DNA of 64,000 nucleotides from Cetorhinus maximus (taxonomy: Eukaryota). The translations under genes were made by a program, and so were the position numbers. Numbering within the stretch: position 1 is the stretch's first letter; each line of letters starts with the position of its first letter. The stretch lies in NCBI RefSeq assembly GCF_964194155.1, contig NC_135900.1, positions 49,042,001 through 49,106,000 of the forward strand. Reading direction: 5' to 3'. Positions 12,396 to 24,899 of this stretch are shown here, piece after piece. The notes below the pieces were generated by a model. That model ran no database searches and was not told the origin of the DNA. It was given only the letters and a program-made list of their open reading frames with translations.

Positions 12396-14450
12396 AGTTA
12401 GAAGTTTTCTTGTCTGCAGGCTGGGAATGTTCTGGTGATCATTTGCTGCACCAGCCTCTTCGCTGGGTCTTCAAGTTTTAGAATGTTTTCAAGTTTGGTT
12501 TTTAGCCTCTTACAAAGCCAGGCAATTAGGCATTTGCAGCATGCTCCCCGGGTGGTGCGGGTGGTTTGTATTTTAACTCTCTCCTTGACCCTGATGGGCA
12601 CACCTGGCACTAATGCCAGGCTTGAATCCTTGCAGATTTCTCTCTAGAGCTTCATAATTCTGCTCCTACCCAATTAAGTCCGCCCATCTTGATGAATCAA
12701 GCAGACCAGAGAAAAAATCTACTCAGCCAGTGTCTCATGACAGTAAAAATAGCTGGCGTTAGCAAGAAAACCTGACGGGAGAGGTGATAATTAAACAAGG
12801 AAAACACTAACTGGCAAAAAGTAGTCACAAAAATTTCCATTTGATATTCCTTTGAGATATTTCCACACTTGTCAATGAGCTGCACTCCAAACTGACAGTC
12901 ATCCACTCTGGGGCTGTGCACAATTAAACGCTCAAATAGGACCAGAAGTTGGTGAACAGCAGTGCATTGAAAAAGGATTGGGATTTTCACATTACACCTT
13001 CTATGTCATTAGTTGTGAAACTCAATGTGGCTGCATGGTTTGAAACTCAAGTAAATTTTCTCGCCCTAGACAATTTTGAAAATGATGAGGAACATTGGGG
13101 GAGGATGTTACCTCATTCAAAACCTACCCACTTGCACATAGTTAAAATTGGGTCTATTGTGATAAAGAAACACCTGGGAAATTTCACCTTCACACAATAG
13201 TTGCCCAGGGAAATGTATATTGTCAGGCCCTGCACTGTGTAGTGAATGATTTAACCTAATAAATGGCCCAGATGGCATTTTTATCTCCCAAGTACCAGCA
13301 CATGAAATCACTGGTATTTACACTGCTCTCAAAAATTAAGGGAATCTGCCAGGTTAACCAACATCACAGGAGAACCAAAAAAGCAGTTACTCTTAATGCT
13401 AATGGAGAGCTGATCGTTTGTCAGTCCACCTCCCACAAGTGTCGAAAGAAATCCATAAAAACTTCTCTGTGATACAATCGAAGTTCAATATGATCTTTTG
13501 TTTCACATCTATTGAAATATTGCCTTTTTGCAGTAAATTTAACTCCCATGTGAAACACCTTGGTCAAAATGCTGCCCGGATTGTCAGGATAGGTCTGCTG
13601 TTAACCATAACTACTACTTAACCAGTTGAAATGAGTGCCAATCACATATACAGTCAGTATTCAAAACCCAGTGCTCTATGCTATCCATATTTTAGCACAA
13701 AGAAGTGCTTTCCAAACAAACAAAAAAGTTTGACAGTAGAATTGAGGCTTTCCATTATGTTCACCTGACAGCAGATAATTGAGCTCCGAATGCTTGTTTT
13801 TGTAAAGTTGATTTAGGGAGGATTAGACTGCACCCTTCTTATTAATTTGGTTAACTTGTTGGCACAACCAGTTACTGCAGCATAGATGGTCAAAAGATGG
13901 AGGGAAGGGCATATGCCAACACCAACACCTAGAACACATACTAACACTTTCTTGGTCTTTGCCCTCTCTCGGCAGGTATATTGTCATTTTTATAGTTTTA
14001 CACACAGCCTGTTCGTGTCAAAGTTATGGTCTGGCACTGTTCTCACAACAATCTGCTGGGCACCTTAAACCAGATGGGTTTATTGTAAGCAGGCGTTGTG
14101 AAAGGCAGTTAACAAATCAAAACAAGCTATCAGGTAAATATTCAATGGAAGTAACTGCACCTTGTAAAGTTTTGTTGAAGTTTGCACAATTACTTAATTT
14201 TCCCATTGAAGTGCAACATTTCCAGCAGGAATGAATTTTGGCTGGAAAAGCAGAATTACTGTTGACTCTAAAATGTGGAAGTGTGTTATCCTCCTGATGA
14301 GTTGGTAAAAGAAGAAACCAGAGCCAGCCTACACTTGGAATAGATTTATTCACAGAGTGAAACATTACGGGTCTCCGTCTCCCTCTCCCTGTGTCAGTAA
14401 GTGTCTCTTCAAATGTACTTATGTAACCAAGCAGTCAAATGCCCTCCACC

Positions 14451-14980
14451 TTTTTTTTAATTTATAGGATCTGGGCATCGTTGGCCAGGCCAGCATTTAT
14501 TGCCCATCCCTAGTTGCCCTTGAGAAGGTGGTAGTGAGCTGCCTTCTTGAACCGCTGCAGTCCATGTGGTGTAGGTACACTCACAGTGCTGTTAGGGAGG
14601 GAGTTCCAGGATTTTGACACAGCGACAGTGAAGGAACGGCAATATATTTCCAAGTCGGATGGTGAGAGGCTTGGAGGGGAACTTCCAGATGGTGGTATTC
14701 CCATCTGTCTGCTGCCCTTGTCCTTCTCAATGATATTGGTAATGGGTTTGGAAGGTGCTGTCTGAGGAAGCTTGGTGAGTTCCTGCAGTGCATCCTGTAG
14801 ATAGTACACACTGCTGCTACTGTGCGTCAGTGATGGAGGGAGTGAATGTTTGTGGATGTGGTGCCAATGAAGCGGGCTGCTTTGTCCTGGATGGTGTCAA
14901 GCTTCTTGAGTGTTGTTGGAGATGCACTTATCCAGGCAAGTGGACAGTATTCCATCACACTCCTGACTTGTGCCTTGTAG
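14451..14980 (-). mobile_element. LINE 3' end (CR1/L2-group family), poly(A)-tailed
   Basis: RT C-terminus (KSWNSLPNSTV...FKKAAHYHLLKGN) and poly-T at 14451. The same family occurs at about 41000 and 49815. Confidence 0.8.
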
Positions 14981-15525
14981 AGCATGGTGAGCAAATGGCT
15001 CGGGCCCTATTTACAAGGCTGCCGATAAGGCCAATCTAATAGTGGAGCTGTAGGTATTCCAATGCGTATTGACACGTGAAAGTAGGCTTACAATAGACCG
15101 TGGTAGAGAACCTCCTGGCAAATTTTTCAACTAGCACGTTAAGGAATGGGAGCTCCTTTAACTGCTCCATTTCAAAGGTGAATTTGAGCACAGGATGGAG
15201 CCCATTAAGGTGTGTAAGGAAATTCTTACATGCAGCTGCAGATTCAAATAAGGCGAATGTATCATCTACATATCAGAAATATGCCAGGAGTAGGAGGTTG
15301 GGTGTCATTCCATTGAAGACGCATTTCTCGTTGAACCCAACAAAGATGTTTTTGAGAGCTGGGCCTAATGGCAACACCACCTATTTGGGTATACATGGTG
15401 TCGTTAAAACTGAACTCAGCTGCACGAGTTGCTGAGTTCATAAGTTTAATGAATACTGATTCACACAATGGTGCCAGGTCTAGATTGCCATCATATAGTT
15501 TTGCAGTCCAAATGCCTATGGCTTC
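14981..15525 (-). mobile_element. Penelope-like element RT fragment (inverted arm; continues at 22421-22445)
   Basis: FSFNDTMYTQIGGVA motif. Reverse complement of about 22925-23461. Confidence 0.9.
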
Positions 15526-16432
15526 TGTTTTGATGTGGCAGATGATGTGTGCCAGGCAGATCAAATCCATGAGGGAAACTTGATCACACGGTCACAACAA
15601 TTTTGCAATTTGTATTTTATTTTGAGATGCGTGCCCTGAATTCAGTAGTAATAAGTCCACCAAAACTCTAGATTTTTTTTTTACAAAACTAAATTAAACA
15701 TTTACTAATAAAAAAAGATTTCAAGCACATACATAGGTCTACAATTATTAATAATAACCCCTAAAACCCCTAATTAATCTAGCTTCAAGTTACACCCTTG
15801 TTAAAGCAATGATAAAAAATAGATTTAAACAGATCCAGTCAAGTCAAACACAATACCCTGGACAGTAGAATTCAAAATGGCTTTTCCCAGCTTTGGTTTC
15901 TGTAGACAGCAACTTAATGAACAAATACTGGAGGCTTTTCACACTTCTGGTAGATCTTGCAATGCCTTCCTCTCTGACACATAGCCTCTTCTCCTTTATA
16001 CATATTTCTCCCTTTTAATGCAAATTCCACTGTTCCCATATGTCTTTGAAACTTTATTTTTTCATAATACAAATCTATTCATAGTGCTAATATTATCAGT
16101 AACCTTTGGGAAAAATAAGCACACTGCTTGGCCTAGCTTCTCTAGCTAGGTATAACATCCCACCATCTCTTTGAAATTCAAACTACCCCGATTTATCTAA
16201 AAGTACAAATTCTCCTCACCTCACATTCCAAAACTTAAGCCATGTTTACCTATTTAGGATTTCAAACCTAGTTTCCTTTGATGAATCAAAGCCTCCAGAC
16301 CAACTGTCTCTAATTCAATTAAATCCCACCCCCCAAACACACACACACAGTGAAACTATCCAAACCCCACTGTTAACCTACTTTTACAATAGATCACTAT
16401 AATATTATGAGAATTATTATACTTTCATGACA
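15526..16432 (-). repeat. 3' LTR of Gmr1-type element
   Basis: TGTT...GACA ends; direct repeat of 21569-22420. Confidence 0.93.
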
Positions 16433-16585
16433 CCGCCTCCTTACGAGGAAATGAACTGTCATAATTTAAAAAGATAACTTCATTTTCTTAATGCATCTTA
16501 CACTACCTCCCATACTTATCTATATACTCACACTATTAAATTATTAATCACACTATTACAGATGCATGTATAACATAACCAAATA

Positions 16586-16614
16586 ATATACATATATATA
16601 TATATATATATATA
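16586..16614. repeat. (TA)n microsatellite
   Basis: Visible TA run in the 3' UTR of the Gmr1 element. Confidence 0.9.
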
Positions 16615-19600
16615 CAGATCCTTGGTACCAACAGAAATCATACCAGTCCAGTGTCCAGGTTTTAAATGTCCATTTTACTTTGAGCTTTAAACTCTTGACA
16701 ACGCTCCTGCAATTAAATTTTCTTGTCCAGCCACATGTATAATCTGTAGATTAAATGGGTGCAGTAATAAACTCCATCTAAATAGCCTTGCACTTTGGTC
16801 TTGAAATTTATCCAGAAACTTTAAAGGATTGTGGTCTGTATAAACAATTGTTTCTGATGAATTGTTTGCAACGTAAATCTTGAAATGCGGCAATGCCAGA
16901 CTCAGAGTCTCCTTTTTGATTGTTGAATATCTTCTCTGTTGTACATTCAACTTCTGTGAAAAATACCCTGTTGGTTTCTTAATTCCAGTTTCATCTTCTT
17001 GCAACAGCACAGCCCCGTGCCTATATTGCTTGAGTCAATGGCCAACGTAAATTGCTTGGCATAATTGGGTACTGCCAAAACTGGTGTCATAGTCAATACA
17101 GTTATCAAACTGTCTAACGCCTTCTGACTTTCCTGTGTCCATTGAAATTTCTTCTTCTTTTTTAATAGTTCAGTCAATGGAACAACCACACTGCTAAAAT
17201 TTGGTACAAATTTCTGGTAAAACACACTCATGCCCATAAATCTCAAAATTTATTGTTTTGTTGTAGGCATGAGGAAATCTATGATAGCTTTGACTTTCAC
17301 ATCTCTCGGAGCCACCTTACCATGTCCAATGATATGTCCCAGATATGTAACTTACGCTTTTGCAAATACACTTTCAGCCAAGTTTATCACCAAATTAGCT
17401 CCTTGTAGTTGACTAAATAATTCTTCCAGATGTTGTAAGTGCTCCTCCCACATTTGACAGTAAACTATCAAGTCATCAATATAAACTGCACAATTGCTCA
17501 GTCCTGCAATTACTTGGTTTGTCAATCTTTGCAATTTTGCACATGCATTCTTCATACCAAATGGCATGACTTTAAACTGATATAGTCCATCTGGCATCAC
17601 AAAAGCTGATATCTCCTTTGTTCTCTCTGATAATGGTACTTGCCAATATCCTCTCAGCAAGTCAATCTTTGTGATGAACTTTGATTGTCCCACATTCTCA
17701 ATGCAATCTTCCAACAGTGGTATAGGATATTAATCCGCTTCTGTCACTGCATTCACTTTTCGATAGTCCACACACAGTCTTTATGTTACATCCGGTTTCA
17801 GTACCATCACGACAGGCAAACTCCAGTTACTGCAACTAGACTCAATGACGTTATTTTGAAGCATGAATTCAATTTCTTTCTGTATGTGTGATAACTTTGC
17901 TGCATTTAATCTATAAGGATGTTGCCTTATTGAAATTGAAACTTCTACACTCACATCATGTGTAGCTAAATTTGTCCCCCCCAGCTTATTCCCATAAATA
18001 GCTTTATATGATTGCAATAGCTTCACCAAATCATTTTGACATTTGTCTGGAAGGCAACTCAATATTACATTTAAATTTTCAAGTACCTCCTCATTATCCA
18101 ATTTGATTAGAGAAAAATCAATTTCAGAATCCTTCATTTCTACCTCTTTCTCCTTATCTACCACCACTAATGCCTCCTTTTGGTCCTCTTCCCTGTCAAA
18201 GTACTTTTTAAGCATATTTACATGACACACCCTCTGCTTCTTTCTTCTATCTGGAGTATTTATTAAATAGTTTACTTAACTCAGTTTCCTTTCAATCCTG
18301 TAAGGCCCACTAAACCTTTCCTTTAATGAGTCACTCAGTACTGGTAACAGAACCAACTTTTTCCCAGCAACAAAACGACAAGCTGTGGCTCTCCTATCTG
18401 CCTTCACTTTCTCGTTCTGATACTTTTACATGTTCCCTATCTAACTCATATGCTCTGTTCAATCTTTCTCTGAAGTTTGATACATAATCCAGGAGAGTAG
18501 TTTCTGAATTTTGTCCCACCAATTTCTCATGAATCAATTTCAGTGGTGCCCTTACCTCATGACCATAGACTAATTCGAAAGGACTGAATCTAGTCAATGC
18601 ATTAGCAGCATCCCTAATAGCAAATAACAAAAATGGAATTTCCCATCCCAATCCTGTGGATAGTCTTGACTATACACACTCATCATAGTTTTTTTAAGTA
18701 TGATGCCATCTTTCCAAAGCCTCTTGTGATTCAGGATAATAAGCTGTTGACTTTAACTGTTTTATCTCCAAGCTGTTCATTACTTCCTTAAACAGCCGTG
18801 ACATGAAATTTGAACCCTGACATGATTGTATTTCTTTTGGTAAACCATATCTTGTAAAACATTTAGTCAACTCTTCCACAATTCTTTTTGTTGTAATATT
18901 TCTCAAAGGCATCACTTCAGGAACCTCGTAGACACATCCATTATTGTCAGTAAGTACTGGTTTCCACTTTTAGTCTTAGGGAGGGGCCCTATACAATCAA
19001 TCATGACCCTAGTAAAAAGTTCTTCAAATGCTTGAATTGGAATTAAAGGTGCTGACTTAATCACTGCTTGTGCTTTCCCTATCATCTGACATGTGTTACA
19101 TGCGCTACAGAACTTAACTACATCTCTATACAATCCAAGTGAATATAAATGATTTTGTATTTTTGCCTGTGTCTTTTTAATTCCTAAATGTTCCCCCTTT
19201 GGAATTTCATGAGCTATTCTCTGGATCTCATTTCTATATCCAAATGGTATAACAATCTGATGTACTTCCCTCCAGCTTTCATCTGCTGAAACTTGATACA
19301 GCCTCCACTTTCTCATTAACACATTACCCTTAGGGTAATAATATTCTGGAATACATTCAGCCCTTATTTCTGAGTAAGCTATATGATTTAACTGTTTTAT
19401 TTGTGGATCCTTTTTCTGTAACTCTACCAACTGCCTTGAGCTAAACACCTCAGTTACATTATATTCCATTCTTTCTTCCTGAACAATCTTATTAAAGACA
19501 GTGTCAGCTAATTGAATTTCAACACCTTCTCCCTGCCTTTCAACTTCCTGTTCCTCCTGTTTCAACCTGTGAGCTTGTGACCTTGTTACCACACAATCTG

Positions 19601-21568
19601 GAAACAATCCAGGATGCTCTCTCCGCAATACTTCTGTTGAAAACACCTCTATAGGCTACTCAACTATGATAGGCGTTACCCATATCTGTGACCCAACTAT
19701 ATCATCACCTAAAATAAACTGAACCCCTGCAATGGGCAATTTCTCCACTACTTCAACAATCACCTCACCTGTTTTCCACTTACTCTTTAAATTTACCTTC
19801 AACAATGGAATAGGTTTAGCATCTCCATGAACCCCACTTATTATCACCTGTTCCTACAATACTCCCTCTGAACAACAACTATCACTATCCCACAACATTA
19901 AGGATTGACTAGCCTCTGTGTCTCTTAAAATGTTAATCTTTACCTACACCAACCTGTACACATGGAAAGACTTCCCCCTCACATACAAAATCTTTAAACA
20001 TTTCTTCAACCTGCTCCTCAGAACTCCCTTGGGTAAATTGTGAACACATTCCCACTGATTCTTCCTGTTTTACCTGTACGCAAACCACTGTTTTTCTCCT
20101 GCGCCTGAACCTCAGAATCCACAGTACTTTTACTTCCAGGACTTTTTGCATTCCAATAGATTTTCCCTGTAATTTCCAACACACTGACTTCCTGTGCCCA
20201 ACTTTATTAACAATGAAAACACCTCCATTTTCGAGTGTCACTTCTGCCCTCAGCACCTTCCTTTTTAATCTGAGAAAAAACTTGCTGGGAATTTCCACCT
20301 ATTCCTTCTCTTCCCTGACTAAGCACCTTCCTTTCGCCTTCCCACTTTCTCTCCTTTTCTAATTTCAAAGGGTGACAAAAACAAAGTTTAGATCTATGCA
20401 CTAACTCATAATCATCAGCTATATCTGCTGCTTGTCTTACCGTTTTAACCCTCTGTTCCTTCACATGAGTTCTCATTACTGAAGGAATTGAATCTTTAAA
20501 TTCTTCCAAAAGAATTTCTTCTCTCAGAGCTGCATATGTTGTCTCTATCTTTAATGCCCGTATTTACCGGACAAAATTATTTTGTTTTACTTTCTCAAAC
20601 TCAATATAAGTTTGCCCAGACTGTTTTCTCATATTCCTAAATTTCTGCCTGAATGCCTCAGGAACCAACTCATATGCGCTCAAAATAGTTTTTTTTTACC
20701 ACATCATAATCCATTGATATTTCTTCTGACAGTGAAGCATAAACCTCATGTGCTCTACCCACTAACCTAGATTGTGACAACAATGTCCAGTTTTCTTGTG
20801 GCCATTTCATCTATTTAGCTATCTTCTCAAATAAAATAAAGAACGCCTCCACATCTCTTTCCTCAAACTTCGGAAGAGCTTGCACAAGTTTAAACATCTC
20901 CCCCCACTGGATTTTAGGTTAACGGTTTTTTCATCATCAGGACTTTCCTCAACATCTGATGTCTCTTTTTTAAAATACAGCTTTTAAGTCAGTACTCTCC
21001 ATCTTTTTCTTTCACTCTCTCCTCCATTGTTAATTTTTTCCTCTGGAGATCAAGCTTTCACATTTCCATTTCTTTTTGAAATAACCTCTCTTTTTCCCTT
21101 TCTTTTTCTGCTGCCTCTAGTTCCAGTTTTTAAATTTCCAATTCTTTTTCTTTCCAATTCAAGTTTTTCAGTTTCTTTGCTCGTTCAAATTCAAGCCTCT
21201 TCATTTCTAACTGTAATCTCACTACTTCCAGCTGTGACTCACTAGTGTCAGGTATCACTTCCAACTTTAAATGTTGTGCTATCACATCAACTATGCCTGC
21301 TTTCTTTGCTGGTGCAGATAACCTCAATTGTAACTTATCCGCCAACTCTGTTAACTTACCCTTAGATACTTTTTGTAACGCAATCAGAGTTATATCTACT
21401 TCCAAAAATGTTTTAGCCATGGATGCAGACATTTTTGCAGTCTCATCACTTTAAAAATCCCTCACAACAACTCCTGAATTCAAAGTGCTTCTCATACTCG
21501 TAACCTTAAAATTCTCAACCTCCAAACCAATCGAGGAGTTTCAAAATGCCCGCAAAGAGCCCCCAATT

Positions 21569-22420
21569 TGTTATGACGCAGCAGATGATGTGTGCCAGGC
21601 AGATCAAATCGATGAAGGAAACTTGATCACACAGTCACAACGATTTCACAATTTGTATTTTATTTCAAGATGTGTGTCCTGAATTCAATAGTAATAAGTC
21701 CATCAAGACTCTAGAGATTTTTTTTACAAAACTAAATTAAACATTGTATTAACAAAAAAAGATTTCAAGCACATACATAGGTCTACAAACAATTATTATA
21801 ATAACCCCTAAAACCCCTAATGAATCTAGCTTCAAGTTACGCCCCTGTTAAAGCAATGTTAAAAAATAGATTTAAACAGATCCAGTCAAGTCAAACACAA
21901 TACCCTGGACAGTAGAATTCAAAGTGGCTTTTCCCAGCTTTGGTTTCTGTAGACAGCAACTTAATGAACAAATACTGGAGGCTTTTCACACTTCTGGTAG
22001 ATCCTGCAATGCCTTCCTCTCTGACACATAGCCTCTTCTCCTTTATACATGTTTCTCCCTTTTATTACAAATTACATTGTTCCCATATGTCTTTGAAACT
22101 TTACTTTTTCATAATATAAATCTATTCATGGTGCTAATATTGTCAGTAACACACTGCTTGGCCTAGCTTCTCTGGCTACCATCTCTTTGAAATTCAAACT
22201 ACCCCAATTTATCTAAAAATGCAAATTCTCCTCACCTCACATTCTAAAACTTCAGCCATATTTTCCCATTTAGCATTTCAAACCTTTTGATGAATCAAAG
22301 CCTCCAGTCCAGCTGCCTCCAATTCAATTAAATCCCACACACACACATACAGAAACTATCCAAACCCCACTATTAACCGACTTTTACAATAAACTACAAT
22401 AATATAATACTTTTGTGACA
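21569..22420 (-). repeat. 5' LTR of Gmr1-type element
   Basis: TGTT...GACA ends; adjacent to the PBS. Confidence 0.93.
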
Positions 22421-22445
22421 CTTCCTTGATCAATACATTGGTGAC

Positions 22446-24375
22446 TATACATACATTTCTGTAAACCTGACAAAGGGGCAGGAATAGTCACCTGTAACAA
22501 GTATAACTATATCAACAAAATGCATGCCATTCATATCTATTAGACCTGCCGCTCAAAATGACTGGGCAGCCTTGCTCAAAAGTAAGCTAAAAAAAAATGC
22601 TTGTTGGGTAAGAACAACCAGCTGCCAGGTGATACATATGATAGGATTTGTCCTCACAGTTCACTGCATCCGTATATGTATGGGCTGCCCAAGACACATA
22701 AAAGTGATGTTCCTTCATGCCTATCTTATCTATGACCAGTTCTACACAACATGAATTGGCCAAATGGTTGGGTAAATTGCTACAACCAGTTTTGAGCAAG
22801 TTTTCCACATACATGGTGAATTATTCCTTCACATTTGTGATGACCATGCAGGATTTGCATATCAATAGCAATGCCATGCCCGTGTATTCATTTGACACTG
22901 CTAGCCTATTCACCAATGTACTGCTCAAGGAAGCCATAGATATTTGCGCTGCAGCACTCAATCATGGCGATCTAGACCTGCTGTCATTGTGTGAATCAGT
23001 ATTCATTGAACTTATGAACTCAGCAACTTGCGCAGTTGAGTTCAGTTTTAACGACACCATAGACACTCTAGGCCCAGCTCTCACAAACATCTTTGTTGAG
23101 TTCCATGAGAAATGTGTCTTCGATGGAATGACACCCAACCTGCTACCCCTTGCATACTTCCGATATGTAAATGATAGGTTTGCTATATTTGAATCCGCAG
23201 TTGCATGTAAGAATTTCCTTACACACCTTAATGGGTTCAATCCTGCACTCAAATTCACATTTGAAATGGAGCAGTCAACTGAGCTCCCATTCCTTGATGT
23301 GCTATTTGAGAAACCTGCCAGAGGGTTCTCTGCTATTGTCTACCACAAGTTTGCCTTCATGGGTTAATATAAGCGCTGGGATTCCTACAGATACATGTGC
23401 TATAAGATTGGCCTTATCGGCAACCTTGTAAATAGGGCCCGAGCCATTTGCTCACCATGCAAGCTTGATGCTGAAATAGGGCAAATAAAAGCCATCCTGC
23501 GAGAAAGTGGCTAGCCTGATCAAATCATTTCTCGCTGTATATCGTGCAAACTCATGAACGGGCCTAAGGCCACCGCTTTTGGTCCTGAAAGGCGCCAGTC
23601 AATTTCAGATTACCCTGGAAGGATAAGGCATCTCAAAAAATTGAGCAACAGCTGCAGCTAGCCGCTTCATGCTGCTACTATACAATAGCAACACAAGTGA
23701 TGTTGGCCACTAACAGGATGCTGCCATCAAGCCAAAAAGACATTCTGCCTGTCACACAGGTGAGTAATGTGGTACATGAATTTCAGTGATGATATGATGT
23801 TAGGTATGTAGGCCATATGTCCCAAAGACTGGTGGATCATATCAAACAGCATATCCCTTCAGCTGTTCGCAACAGGCAAAATACAGTCCATACCCAACCA
23901 GCCCGTGCTTGCAAAACTCAAAATACAGTGTCCAACATTCTATATGATTCCCCGATTGGACAACATTTGCCAAACAGCCGTGTGTGTGCTAAGAATAACG
24001 CTGACAACTAATTGAAGATGATCAGTCAGGCTTGCAGTGTGGCACACTTAACGCGTGCTGGATGCTGCATGTATTAATAAAGAGGGCCCTGTTCTTTGCA
24101 GACAGAAAGGACATGTACAAACGCTGTGTATGTTTCAACTAATCAAAATATGCGACAGCCACTCATTGGTTCATTTTCCAGGGCAGTGCCTTGACCTATT
24201 GGACCTGCCTGTTTTGAATTTGAACAAAGCTTGGCAGTTAACTGTCAGTCATCAGTTAACTGATGCATTCTCCATGGCAACACTGTAAATTGTTGTTCCC
24301 TTTATATTTGGTATTCTTACAAATTGTCCTGATGAGTGCAAGACGAAAAGCTCTGACAACATCTTTTTTCAGCAA
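22446..24375 (+). mobile_element. Penelope-like element (Penelope/Poseidon-type), RT + GIY-YIG, 5'-truncated, degraded
   Basis: PDKG motif, SFDTASLFTNV, YFRYVND (decayed YVDD), LPFLDV, and a GIY-YIG remnant (SNVVHEF...RYVGHMSQRLVDHIKQH). Hammerhead-like motif at the 3' end. Confidence 0.92.
24324..24359 (+). ncRNA. Degenerate minimal hammerhead ribozyme of the Penelope-like element
   Basis: TTGTC-CTGATGA-GT gcaag AC-GAAA-AGCT-CT-GACAA: stem I, intact core and palindromic stem III. The cleavage-site U is mutated. Confidence 0.6.
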
Positions 24376-24384
24376 TACTCAGAT

Positions 24385-24690
24385 AGCCATTCTTAATTTG
24401 TAAGCCAGGAGTGTAGGCAGATTGCTTAATGGTAGAGGCATCAAAGCTGAGTCCGCTGCTGTCCTCGTCCTTGTTGCGCATGTGTCCTAACCAATAGCGA
24501 TCATAATCATCAACAGAAACCGAGCACATTCTCTACAATCTGCAGATGCTATAGCCAACTCTAAAGCACCTATACATCTCAGCTTGATGAACTAGTTCAA
24601 CGCAAAGTGGGGATCAAACATTGGCCTTCCAGAATCCTATGGCTCAGCATCACAGCATATACTGTATTTATCAATTCAAATATGGGGAGA
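24385..24690 (-). mobile_element. Ancient tRNA-derived SINE-like repeat
   Basis: B-box-like GGGGATCAAAC. Shares GTAAGCC...GGCA(T/A)CA(A/C)AGCTGAG with 43150-43430. Confidence 0.4.
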
Positions 24691-24899
24691 TGCTCTTTCT
24701 TGAACAAAGTACTTTTTTGGGCTAAAAGATTTCTTTGTAAAACACCTTACATTGTTATGTGTTAAGGGAGATGAGCACCAAAGAACAAAATTTGTTTATG
24801 TTATTAATTAGGCCTGTCCATTGTCAATACAAAAATGTTTCTCCTTGGGCTCCTGGAGCATTATGCTTTATCAAAACATTTTTGCATTATATGGTCTTC

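Larger units (their letters stand above)
15526..22420 (-). mobile_element. Full-length Gmr1-type Gypsy LTR retrotransposon (gag-PR-IN-RT-RH), degraded
   Basis: LTRs at 15526-16432 and 21569-22420. 4-bp TSD CTTC (15522-15525, 22421-22424). PBS TGGGGGCTC (tRNA-Pro-like). PPT AAGGAGGCGG. Gag with CCHC knuckle, PR (RDTEASQS) about 19660-19930, integrase (HEIPKGEH...CNTC, IDCIGP) about 18390-19300, then RT (YIDD) about 17350-17950 and RNase H 16687-17246. Confidence 0.95.

Noticed and set aside
12398-12610. Cys/Lys-rich 70-aa ORF that might be a saposin-like or antimicrobial peptide
   Set aside because: Cysteine spacing does not fit a saposin fold; no signal peptide or clear splice sites.
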